Part shown: positions 10,660-22,819 of the stretch, piece by piece | How positions within the stretch are numbered: the first letter of the stretch is position 1 | Layout of the letters: each line of letters starts with the position of its first letter | Assembly: GCF_048593235.1 (NCBI RefSeq) | Contig: NC_133617.1 | Location: 645,524,958 to 645,588,957 of the forward strand | Direction: 5' to 3' | Length of the DNA: 64,000 bases | Source: Sminthopsis crassicaudata | Taxonomy: Eukaryota | Program-made: the position numbers and the translations under genes | Notes under the pieces: model-generated | The model's database searches: none | What the model saw: only the letters and a program-made list of their open reading frames with translations | Told to the model about the DNA's origin: nothing

Positions 10660-11760
10660 GATTTTGTGTTTCATAACAGGAGAACATTAAAATGACGTAG
10701 CCTCGTGCACAATGAAAACCTTGTGTTTTATTAAAATGAGAAGCTTGCTCAAGGCATCCATTACTCATTTCCGGAGGGAATAGCCAACCTTCAAGTCTGA
10801 AAAGACTCAAGTCCCTATAATCAGACTCTCCCTGGTAGTAGCTGATAATGCAGCACTTTTCGGAAATCCATCTCTGAGTTTCTATTGCTGAGGTTCTTTT
10901 CGGAAACCCTCAAAAGCAGATCTAGGAGCAAAGAGGGGGGCAGTACTTAAGGAGATCACTGCTTCTTGTTGAAAAGTTGGCCTACCCCCTCTCAACAGAG
11001 ATACTGGTGGAAGAAGGGAGAGGAGAGGGAATAAGACAGTTAAATGTAAAACCATCATGAAGAGGTTGAGTTAAGGACTAGATAGGGCAAAGTAAAGTTT
11101 ACCTGTCGAATTCTGAAAGGACATGTTCTGATGGCATTCAAAGTGTGTCTGCAGAGACATGGGGTGGAGGGGGGGGACTCCAGGTAGCAAACAGCAAATC
11201 TCATGCCAGTTCCTCATTTAGGCTACAGAACAGGCACCTGGTCTTCATTAACATTGCTGCTGTANNNNNNNNNNNNNNNNNNNNNNNNNNNNNNNNNNNN
11301 NNNNNNNNNNNNNNNNNNNNNNNNNNNNNNNNNNNNNNNNNNNNNNNNNNNNNNNNNNNNNNNNNNNNNNNNNNNNNNNNNNNNNNNNNNNNNNNNNNNN
11401 NNNNNNNNNNNNNNNNNNNNNNNNNNNNNNNNNNNNNNNNNNNNNNNNNNNNNNNNNNNNNNNNNNNNNNNNNNNNNNNNNNNNNNNNNNNNNNNNNNNN
11501 NNNNNNNNNNNNNNNNNNNNNNNNNNNNNNNNNNNNNNNNNNNNNNNNNNNNNNNNNNNNNNNNNNNNNNNNNNNNNNNNNNNNNNNNNNNNNNNNCAGC
11601 TGCGGCTAGTTCTCTGGTTACTAAATGGGAACTGGACTGGTGCCATTGATTATGTTTTCTGGAATGCTGCACCAAAAAAATAATAATATCAGCCAGTTCC
11701 TTTCCTGAGAACTCCACTGTTCTCCCCCACCCACAGAATCTTAATTGAAAGCAAGGAGAT
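10660..11760. promoter_or_regulatory. Candidate promoter or enhancer island around gap 11265-11596
   Basis: No recognisable repeat, locally higher GC, seven CpGs in 10660-11110, ETS-like CCGGAAAT on the - strand and a duplicated CTTTTCGGAAA. Confidence 0.35.
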
Positions 11761-12377
11761 TTCTTCCCTTACCACCCCCCCCCCACCTTTGAAACAGTCC
11801 TCTTGTCTAGCTTTCCAGTTTGGAGCCCCCTAGAGTGTCACAATGTGTCAAAATAGAATCCATTTTCATTCTGAAAGATACATCTTATGATATAGTTTCT
11901 CAGATATTCCCCTCAAGTATCCCAAAATTACATATGCCTTCTCACTCTACTTCCTTCATAATTATACTATTTTTTAGCTTATTCCTAATTTCTAATATAT
12001 GCCATAGTAAGGCATTACATGCTTGCTGGCTGACTTGTTATGGTGAAAATGCCATATTTTACCTCTGAAGAAGGCAACCCTATTAAGATCTTTTCTTTCC
12101 ATACCACCTATGAAACTATAGTTTATTTTATACAATTTTGTACATGTTATTTTCCTGTAACATCTTGTTTTCTAGTTATTTCATATATGTTTATTTTGTG
12201 TCCCTAAGTAGGCTCTAAGGACTTAGAGAAGGCAGGAACCATGGTCTGTATTTTCTAGTTCCATTATAGTGTCTACAACATGGTTGAACATTTATTTCAA
12301 AAACTATTTACAGATAAAACAACAATCTATGTGGAAGTACTTTTAAATCTGTGCCTTTTTAATATTGTTAGTCAATT

Positions 12378-12773
12378 CTATGGCTGTCTTGAACAATGAT
12401 ATGATTCAGACCAGTTCCAATGAACTTGTAATGAAGAAAGCCATCTATACCCAGAGAGAGGACTGTGAGAACTGACTGTGGTTCACAACATAGCTTTTTC
12501 ACTCTTTTTGTTATTGTTTGCTACATTTTATTTTCTTTCTCATTTTTTTCTTGTTTGATTTGATTTTTCTTGTGTAGCAAGATAATTATATGAACATGTA
12601 TACATATATTGAATTTCACATATATTTCTACTATTTTTAATGTATATTGGATTACTTGCCATCTAGGAGAGGGGTTGGGGAAAGGCAAGGAAATTGGAAC
12701 TCAAGGTTTTGCAAAGGTTAATGTTGAAAAATTATCCATGCATACATTTTTGAAGGAAAAAAAAGATAAAAAC
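12378..12773 (+). mobile_element. 5'-truncated L1 3'UTR
   Basis: TSD AATATTGTTAGTCAATT (12361-12377) and AATATTATTAGTCAATT (12774-12790), A-rich tail, and typical TTCCAATGAACTTGTAATGAAGAAAGCCATC...GCCATCTAGG...GGAAC 3'UTR. Confidence 0.93.
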
Positions 12774-14189
12774 AATATTATTAGTCAATTAAACAAATAT
12801 GTATTGAGTGGCTTGGTATAAAGGCAAAAACAGAATAATTCCTATCCTCAAGGAGCGTGATTTCTATTAAGGGAAACCATGTATACTTTGATAAGTAAAT
12901 ACTTTGATAAACAAACAATAGTGGGCAATTTTTAGAGGAATTGCAACAATCCTGGAAGATCAGAATGTACCATATATGGGAGGCAATATCTAAATTGTAT
13001 GTTAAAACAGAAGCAGCCCACAACACTCCAGAATGTAGCCAGAATGACTGAAAAATATTTGACAAAAGATAATAAAGGATTTTAAAACTAAATCAAGATG
13101 TAGCCTGTAGGGGATAGTAGCCTTTGTCTGAAAGGAAAGTAGTGATAATAAGAGGAAGAGATGGAAGGTGTCTTCTCACTTAGAAGTGACCATTTCTGCA
13201 AAGGCATGGAGATGGGAAATTGATTATGTACAGGGAACAGCTTGCTAGTGTTCATTACTTCAGCAAGTATTTATTTATTGACTATTCTACATAGATTCTC
13301 AGGCTTTGGGGTAAAAACCAAAACATTTCCTGTCTCTAAGGATGTTAAGGGGAAATATGGGCATGGATAAGCTACTAGAAAAAAAAAAATAAAACAGATC
13401 CATTTAGACTGAAATATACTGTGTGTGAAATATGATTGGAAATGGAAAATCTAACTAGATTTTTGAGAAACCTAAATTATCTTTGAAGGGTTTTGCATTT
13501 TGTCCTAGAAGCACTGATAAGCAAATTGAAGATTTATTATCATAACCATTATTTATATCTCTTATTGGAGTAAAGCTGTCTCACCACGAAGAATCCCATG
13601 CCAGTGAGACACAAGCTTTAGGAGGTCCCACTAATATAGAATATCAAGTACAAGAATAGCAAATATTCTGAAGTTAAAGTCTAAACAAACTCAGGGTTGT
13701 TGTTCACAAAATTTATCATTTTTTTTTCTTTTGCCACTACTACAACAACCAAAGTAGGATAAGTTTATCGATTAAATGCATAAAAACCTTGGTTGAGTTT
13801 TCCAGTATATTTTGAGGCTTGTATTTTGCATATCAGGATTTGTCACAGCAAATATGTGAAATGCTAATACATCTTCTTGCTAATTTTTAGAAGGTGTTAA
13901 ATATTTATATTTACAGATTATTGTGATATGTTGTTCTGTCACTACATTTTTCTTGCATAGTCTGAATTGATCACGAAATCCATGCTCTTTAAGGATAACT
14001 TTTGGATAGTTTCTACTGGAAATGACTAGTCTGAATTGTCATAAACTTCCCATTTAAAAAATTATGTGTCATTTTAATGTTACAATTATTTATAGATCAT
14101 TACTCTGGACAAAATTAAACAATTAAATAAAATTAACACTGTAGTAACCTCATTCAAAAATGCATGCAACATTTCACATATGTAGTACC

Positions 14190-14480
14190 CTTTCTAATTT
14201 TAAACTTTTTTTAAAATTAACAGAAATCTACTTTTTGCCTATATCCTACCCTATTTGGATAAAAAAGGGGAAGTAAAAACAAATTCCTTGTAACACATAT
14301 GAATAGACAAGCAAAACAAATCTCTCACTGTTTACATATAAAATATATTACATCTAATATATATGATCATTTTCACAAACATATCTGCACTTGTTCAATG
14401 CCTTTTTGTCAGCATTATTGATGGAAGTCATGCACATGTTGCCCATAGCAGGCCTTTTGATTCCACTCTTGGATCTTAGT
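14190..14480 (-). mobile_element. Old L1 3' end
   Basis: TTAACAGAAATCTACTTTT...CCTTGTAACACATATGAATAGACAAGCAAAACAAATC matches an antisense old marsupial L1 3'UTR. Confidence 0.65.
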
Positions 14481-17400
14481 CTTTTCATAAGCTCTATCTG
14501 GAAGAAAGCCATTTTGGGGCTACATTCAGCAAATCTAATAATGTTTCCTTTTTATTACTCTTTGCTGTTACTTGGTGAGGTTATATCTCCTTTTTCCAAA
14601 AGTATTTCAGTAAAATTTAAAACTACTTTTCATATGCTGGAAGAATGTTTATCAATCCTTTTCCTTTCTTTTTTTTTGTATGAAAGTATTAATCTCTATG
14701 TAACTGCCTGAGGGTGATGGGTACTAGACTATATTAATATTATATGAGATTATTATGAAAAAATTTCTGGTGACTTGTCTGCTAAAATATTTTTAAATGT
14801 TCTATGAATTGAAACAATAGGGTAATTCTATCCAAAAAACAATTGAATAGGTAAAATGCATCCTTAGATTCTGAATTCCATCTTGTATTTCTCCATTCTC
14901 TGGAGAAATAAATTCTTTTTAAAAAATCAGTTTTGCCTTTGAATCCTATTTATTTCAAATTCTGATTTTTTTTTTGGTGAACAGAATACTAGTCTAATGT
15001 AAGGGGTGGGGATGTTGAGTCTATCCTTATTTATTGCCCACATGGGGCATCTCTAGGACTAACTCTTCAAAACAGTGGGATTGTTTTTAACATTTCCAGA
15101 CTATATAATGGCTCATTTCCCATACACTGCTTTTGCAAGTAAAAGTGAAGTTTGTTTCTAGGTTGATTTCAGAACTGACACGTAAAGCTAAATATCATTC
15201 AGGAATTATACCAGATACCCCTGGAGAGCCTCATACTCAAACAGAATATAATAGGGAGGGGGGGAAGGGAGGACTGGAAAAAAAAAAAAACAACAGGTTG
15301 AACATAATTTTTGTTCTATATTGATTAATAAGAATAAAAATGCTTCTTCATGGTTATTCATTACACATAGCCAAATCCATCTGTGAAATCTTATTTATAG
15401 GATTTTTTTCTCTCTCTCTCACCCTCTCTACCTTATGATCTCTCTTTTGTTCTAGTCAGAAGTTAGCCATAAACTACATCCAGAATCTTCATTTGAATCA
15501 AATCATAATACTCTTCCTTTAATGTTTATATTCAGTAGCATTCTACCTTTATATAATAAGTATAATATTGGTGTTAATTTTCTATATGTTTTATATACAC
15601 TTATGTGGGTACATATTGTCTCCTCAAATAAAATGAAAGCTCTTTGAGAGCAGGAAATAATGTCTTTTTTTTTTTCTTTATATCTATGGTGCCTGGCAGA
15701 ATACACTGACCCTTTCACTTCTTGATTGATTGATTAAAGGCCAGTCAACTAATTTTGATAGCAAAGATGTGCTTTGAATGTTTTTATTGAACTGATTTTC
15801 ACTGATTTTGCAACATATTTTTGTTTGAGAAATTGTAAGAGTACAGTAGACTGGATTCCAAGAAAGAAGAAGAGGACATGAACTATTCTTTATCTTTCCT
15901 TCTGGGCAATCTAGCTCCAAATTATCTATCCAAAATACTTTCAAATGACTTCTCATGCATTCCTATTGTTCAGCCAGGCTGACCTATTTACTATTCCAAG
16001 TATACAATACTGTATCTCCTGCCTATATGCCTTGGCACAAATTGTCTCCCATACCTGGAATATATTCCCTCTTTTTTTAGACACACAGAAATTTTATTAA
16101 TTTCTTTGGAGTCCAATTAAAGTACCACCTTCCATGTAAAGACTTCCCTGGTTCCTCAGTTATTAGGGCCTAGTCTTCAAGAATTACTTATTATACAGTT
16201 TGTAATGATTTATCTGTGGGCATATTGTTTTTCCTAGGAAAATATAAGCTCTCTGAGGACAGGAATCTTTTTTTTTCAGCATTTCCAGTGTCTTTCACAA
16301 TGCTATGCACATAATAGGTTCTTGTTTAATAAGTTCTGGTTGACTCTCTGGTCAGTATCCCATAATGTTTTTAACTCAACCTTGGGAGATTAGTTAACAC
16401 TTGTCTATTGAAATTTCATTGAGAACCCCACTAAGTTAATATAGGATACCATCAATTTGTACATGAAATTTATGAGTAAAGGAGGAAAAAAAAAACACAA
16501 TGATTTCAAGTAAGTTGAAAATAGTGTTAAACCAGTTCAGTGTTTCTTGAACATTTCATCAAACTCACACGACACACAACTTACCTTCACAGGAAAAAAA
16601 ACGTAATAATTTATTTGCTTTCTTTGCAATGTAATAGCTCTTAAAGATCAAAGAGTAATACAGGTAGAGAATCCAAGAGAAATCTTTCTTTTTTCTATTT
16701 ATATGTTCTTCTCATAGATGATAGTTGGCTGAGCTCCTCAATATTGTATTTCATTCACCACTGCAGATTACAATTCACTCCACAACTTCTCATCCTACTC
16801 TTTTCCTATTCATGCCTTCCTATAATTCTTCCATAAGAATCTACCCAATGTTCTTGCAAATTACCTCTAGTTCTTTTGATATATCATAGATTCCAGTGCA
16901 GGACTAGGCTGTTAATTTTTTAATCCCTTTCTTGATCCTTGACTAGCCATCAATTTTCCATTAATACATCTTATGATGATGTCTTTCTTTTATGTCACTT
17001 TAATACAAAAGTCACTATTATTAATACCAACCAAAGTAATTCATTTGCAGAGCTGTATTTCTGATCCCCCAAACACCCAGGCACCCCCTTGTGAATTATC
17101 TAGTCATCCCTATACTAAGTTTAATGAACCTTGCTCTTGTGGGTGATTTTATTGAATAATTAAACTTGTTACTTGGATAAAGTTCACTCAAATTCATACC
17201 AATGTGATGAGCATTTTTTTCACACAATGAAAAAAATACATCTAGTAATTACATGTCTCTAAGACATTTTTTTATCACAAGACAAGTTATTTCAAGACAT
17301 AAACCAATATTGATTTCAAAAGATTTGTTGTCATCAGTATGAATACTGTAGAGAAATATCACAGTTAAAGTATAAGGTTGAGTTAAGGATAATATGACAC

Positions 17401-19379
17401 AGTGAACACTTGAAAATTATGAAGACCTGGATTTAAGACCAGTCTCTGACACATAAGAGTTCTGTGAAAGTGAGCAAATCTCTCAGTGCCCCTAGGCAAT
17501 TTGATTTAAGACTATATCTGAAAAGGAGTTCTGAAATTTTGCACCAATGAAACAACAGGTCCAGACTGTCCAGTGTCCCCCCAAACAGTGTTAATAAAGA
17601 GACTGCAATGTATAGCACTTAATTATTATGGTAGGCAAATACTGAGAGTATAGGAAATATGCTATCATCCAATTTGAATTAATTTCTTTTTCATCCTGAA
17701 TGGAACATAAGGTTTGAGATCATTTGTCTGGTAATAGTTTAAGCAATGAATTTTCCTTCTATGGTACCTATTATCTAGAGGTTAGCACATGGACAGGAAG
17801 TCAAAAAACTCATGGCTTTTCTCTCCAGCTGTGTCATGGTTGTTTTATTTGGCCAAGAGCAAATACCCAATGTCACTGTTCTTCAATGAGCACCTTCTCT
17901 ATAATGGGGATATTTATAATTGCCTTCTAAACTTTAACATGTGGAGAAAACAGTGCTCTCTAACTAAAGAACTTGGTAGGAGTCAAATAGCAATGGCATA
18001 TAATTAGCTTAGCTTTTTTTTCCCCCTCCCCTTAGTGCAATTAGATTAGGCTTAAAGACAGTAAGAAAGGAATTAAAAAGCACAAAATGCATTTTGAAAA
18101 CATAGTCCATCATGACCAGTTATAGACTCTAAACCAACAGAGTACAATTAGAACTCCTTCTGGAAGGTAGGGGGAGAAAGAATTGAAAGTTAATGTCACA
18201 TGATGATGATGTCAATAGCATGATCCTGACTATAAAAATAATTCTCTTGATGAGTATTCAAGAAGTACCTTCCATACTATAATCTCTCAGGAAAAGAAAA
18301 AGGAAATAGAACTTCAAAAAATACCAAAAATTAATAGGAACGATATTAATTAAATCTAATAAAGGCCAGGCTACTATGTGTAAAAGTCTATAATAGTCAC
18401 TGGGAATCCAAAGACAAATGGCTTGCCTTCATGGAGCTTATATTCTATGAGAAGCATAATGTATATCTTTACAAAGTTCCTTGCCCACAACAACCTGTGA
18501 GGTATGTATGCAAATATCACCATCCTACAGATAAAACAAACTCAAACGGTTAGTTCCAGAGCTGAGGTATAAGATTTAGTCTTTATTTTGTAGGAAGTTA
18601 TTGTCTAGTCATTTATAGCACATGTTAAGACCCACATCAACATATAGATGTGAATACCAACCCTCTCCTCTCCCATTGTACCAGCCTCAGATTTAAGATT
18701 TGCCAGAATAAATCCAGATACTCTTCTTTTGTTTTTTTGAATTGAGTGAAAGATGACTTGGAGATTTGTTTACTAATCCCCAAGTCATTTTTTTTGCTTA
18801 AATCTGATATAAACCAACAGTGTCACCCCCAAGAAAATCAGAATTACTTTTTAAAATTTAGGACTTGGGAGATTCTTTTATTTATGTGACAATAGAATCA
18901 AAGCAAACTCCATGCTTCCAATAATTTCCTAATACCTCAGCATGAGGTAAGAGGAGAAAAATCAAAATAAATATATTAAGAAATAAATTATTCCTCTTCC
19001 CCTAGCTCCCAATTGTTTTATTCTCCTGTCAATACCTAGTTCTGAAAACCATTCAGTCTTTATTAGGCTTTTCAAGACTCATATAATTATTGCTGACTTT
19101 CCCATATTTGTAGTCTTATTGACATAATTTTAGAATCTTGCCTATAGGCAGTAGGAGTTTAACACACTTTCAACACAGCTCTCGTGTGTCAAAGTCTGGA
19201 CTTAACCTCAGGTCTTCTTAAGTCCCAAGATTGGTCTTCCATCTACTGTGCCATGATGTTAAGTCAACTTTATACTCTAATTGCAATATTGGGAGTGGGA
19301 TAAGGAGAAAAGGAGAAAAGCCACACTAAGAAACTGAAATAAATAAAAACAAGTCAGGAAAGGTGAAATCAGTTTCATA

Positions 19380-19760
19380 TGCAGGCCAAGTTAGCACCCT
19401 CATCTGAGACAAGTGGCAACCCAAGTGTAACATGTGGGTCAACCACACTGGAAAATGGTTGTGGCAGCTCCTGCAGCCCAATACTTTGATTGCATTGTGG
19501 TCTGTCTAAAAGCTTTTAATGTAGAGTTCTGTGGATACTTCTCTTTACTGTGCGGTTTGAAGCTGGGCAGAGGGGTGGAGACATTGGAATGGAAAATTGC
19601 CCAGTGCACTATGACAGATGTATAATTAGGCCAGGCATCCTGGTGCTTACTGCATTTGTCATTGGTGATTGTGCACAGCTCAGGTGCCATATCCAGGTGC
19701 TTTCAACAATGATGTGGTGAAAATATCTTAATATAGCCTGAGCCCTGGGGAAAGCTTTTA
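19380..19760. promoter_or_regulatory. Candidate enhancer with RUNX and NFAT motif cluster
   Basis: Three TGYGGTY matches and two TGGAAAA matches within 160 bp. Confidence 0.3.
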
Positions 19761-20330
19761 TCTTCAGAGGCATATAAAAAATCCTGGCCTACTCGAATTT
19801 TAAAAAGCAGATTGTTTTATGCTTTTTGTTTTTCCTGAATACTGGGAAAATATCATTATTTGAATAAGTTTGTGTTTGTTTCAAGAAGATACTGTAGGGA
19901 GGAAAGGTTAATTTTCATAGTCAATAACAACCTTGCTTTTCTGGGGCCCAATATCTCCATTTGTTAAATGGGGGCTTATAATGCTGAATTAGTCATTAAT
20001 AAAGGAATGACAAATTGCTTAGGAAGCCATCAGGCAGTGTTAGTGTTTCCCAGTCTCATTTTAAGAGCATATTGATGAGATCCTATCATATTTTTGCAGA
20101 CAATTCCATAAACTTCTTTACTAATTGATTTTTTTTTCTTATCCTAGAAACATGTTTGATGCTTTGTTTTGTTTTATTTGGAGGGGTGAAACAATGTTTC
20201 CTTATCTCATGCAGACTGAAAGCGTTAAACTACTTAGTTTTTTTTTTGTTTTTTTTTTTGACTTGGGACACTTTGTCCCTCTTTAGATAGCCTGAAAGTC
20301 CTCTATTCCCCATTCATTATATCAGTATTT

Positions 20331-20404
20331 GACTTGATATGGACAATGGAACTCCCAAATTCAAGCAATCCATCAGCCTCAGCCACTCCAATAGCAACTA
20401 CAGC
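20331..20404 (-). pseudogene. RN7SL: 7SL RNA 5' (Alu-domain) fragment
   Basis: GAACTCCCAAATTCAAGCAATCCATCAGCCTCAGCC...TAGC...ACTACAG aligns with the 7SL reverse complement GAACTCCTGGACTCAAGCGATCCTCCAGCCTCAGCC...TAGC...ACTACAG. Confidence 0.72.
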
Positions 20405-20816
20405 CATTTATCTCTATGCCCTACCATTTTTGCCAAACTACTGTGAATGTGAACAGTTGATCATTTCCTCCTATTCTGGTTTCTATAGGGTTAAAATATC
20501 TATCATTACTTTCAAACCTCTAGGCAACATTATCCTATTTTATACACACATTATAATAAGACATCTCACATGTGATTGGCTATCTTAATATCTAAAGAAC
20601 CATAGATTTTGAACTGGATGCCCCTTACTAACTCTTAGCTAAATTCCAGGTCATTTTGTACAACCCACTCATTTTACAGATAAAGAAACTTCTCTACTTT
20701 AAAGAAGTGAAATCATTTACCTAGCTACTTACGGATTATGATCTATAATTTTAGCATTCCCCCACACATATGCTCCTCTCAGACTGAATTTGTGAACTTG
20801 AATGGATCTCCTAAAT

Positions 20817-20995
20817 CAGTGGTTCTCAAACTTTTCCACAGTGATATAATCCTTCAGTTTAAACAAAATTTTGGCAGAACTCTTGTAGTAAAACTCTCTA
20901 AAATAATGTGTAATGTCTATTATTAAATAACATATAATTATTGGAAAAAAACGGGGTTTTTCAGGGCTCCTTGCAGCAAAGTTTGCAAAATACTG
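20817..20995. mobile_element. hAT-Charlie MITE with TIRs and 8-bp TSD
   Basis: TIRs CAGTGGTTCTCAAACTT and AAGTTTGCAAAATACTG. TSD TCCTAAAT (20809-20816) and TCTTAAAT (20996-21003). Confidence 0.85.
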
Positions 20996-21284
20996 TCTTA
21001 AATCATACTATCATAACTTGGTATTTTTTGAACTTCAGTATGAATTTTCATCATTTTCTCCAAATTAATATGAGCAGATACACTAAGCACATACAATTAT
21101 CCAGGTCATTGTAAAAATGTAAAAATAAGAGACCCTCAGAGCAACTCTTGGAAGTATTGTTTAGATGCTTTTTTTAAGATCTTAGGATTAATAATAATTC
21201 AGATATATATCTCAGTTTAAATAAACTCAATAGCTAAAATTCTCATTTTGCACAATAAATTTGGAACTAATAACCAAACAAGTA

Positions 21285-21665
21285 AGAAGATTGCTGACCA
21301 CCTCCTGACAGAAATAACAGATTAATATTTAGAATAAACACATTTTTGAACTTCACCAATGTGGAATTCTGTCTTGTTCAATTCTGTATGCTACAAAGGA
21401 TTCTACCAAAAGTTTGAGAATTGCTTATTTAGGAGATAATTCAAATGTACAAATTAAATGTGAGTTATATCTTCCATGTTCAATACTAGAATTATATATT
21501 ATATATTATAGTGCATAAGTAACGAGCTAACAAATCCTTCATTTTTTCCCTCCTTTCTGACTTTTCTTTCTTTTTTCCTTTTTTTTTTTTGGTTGCTTTT
21601 CAGAAATGAGGATAGAAGGGACAAAGAAGAAAAATAAATACTTAACAATTTAAAATAATTCAAAT
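21285..21665 (+). mobile_element. Old L1 3'UTR fragment
   Basis: CACCTCCTGACAGAAA...CCAATGTGGAATTCTG...CTACAAAGG is old L1 3'UTR-like and ends in A-rich sequence. Confidence 0.6.
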
Positions 21666-22254
21666 TTACTTTTTAAAGCTCATAAAGACCTTTCAAGTAA
21701 CCTATTCTAGCCACCTAATTCTACAAATGAGAAAACTGAGACACAAATTTAGGTCCTCTGAATGTAAGTTCAATATTCATTTTGTTATACTATCCTGCCT
21801 CTCCTAATTAGTGGTGTTTTGCTAAAAAAATATATATCAAAACCTCATTGAATCGGCATTTAATACCTCATTTTACAGTTTTTCAATAAACATTGATTAT
21901 TGCTTATTTATATGTATGGAACTGAGGATGCCAAAATGAAAATTACACACTTCCTGTGCTCAGAGAGTTTCAGTTTAATGGAGAAGGCCATACATAAATA
22001 CACTAATAAATATGATGCAAAGTAGAATGGATAGGAATTAGAATTAGAGCTAAGGTAATGCAACCAGAATTTTGTCTTATAAAGGAAATTTGCCTAAGTG
22101 GGAAACTTAGTGAGCTCTGAAAATCCAGTAACGAAATTCCAATGGGCAAGTTCACAGAACTCTGACTTGATCCATGGAGAGAACGTAGAGGCTATCTATA
22201 GGTAGGGGTAAGTGATTGCCAGCCCTGAAAATGGGTGGAGAAGGCTGTCTAGAA

Positions 22255-22478
22255 TGAAGGGGGGAAGAGGGAAAGGGGAGGTGAGAGGGAGGGAGAGGGA
22301 AGGAAGAAGAGGGGGAGGGAAAGGGAGAGGGAAGGAGAGAGAAAGGGGGAGGAGGGAGGGAAATAGAGGACACAGAGGGAGAAAAAGGGAGAGGGAGAAG
22401 AAGAAAGAAAAAGAAGAGAAAGGAAGGGAGATGGAGGAGGAGGGAAAAGGCAGGAGATGGAGGAAGGGAAACAGAGAG
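22255..22478 (+). repeat. Polypurine GA-rich tract
   Basis: Seen directly. Confidence 0.93.
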
Positions 22479-22780
22479 ATTCTGGACCTTTATACTAACC
22501 AGAATTCTTAGTTCTCTGGCTTTTGGTTTAGAACTGAGTATTGACAGTAGCCGTCTCAAGCTACAGGAGAAGAAAATGAGGAAGAGTTCACGTGCCCTCT
22601 CCAGAATGAGGCTAATCCAGAACTCTATCACCTATGGAGGAAGCTGCTTTGTTGGTCTCCCTGAGGTAGGTAAACTTGGGAGAAAGAAAGAACCAGCATC
22701 TCTCTTTTCAGTCAGCTGCCTGTCCTTAATCCTGGGCTCAGCAAGGCACAGGAAGCTTTAATTGTAATCTCAAATGTCAA

Positions 22781-22819
<39 letters not shown>

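Noticed and set aside
14360-14530. Minus-strand ORF MAFFQIELMKRLRSKSGIK... with a reasonable Kozak context
   Set aside because: Most of it overlaps a decayed L1 3' end; only about 54 codons with no homology.
16579-16605. Minus-strand TTTTTTTCCTGTGAAG|GTAAGT resembling a recursive splice site
   Set aside because: The acceptor is AAG rather than YAG, GTAAGT is expected many times by chance, and no host transcript is known.
19434-19690. Overlapping ORFs on both strands in the GC-richer island
   Set aside because: No recognisable protein or flanking splice sites; better explained as a regulatory island.
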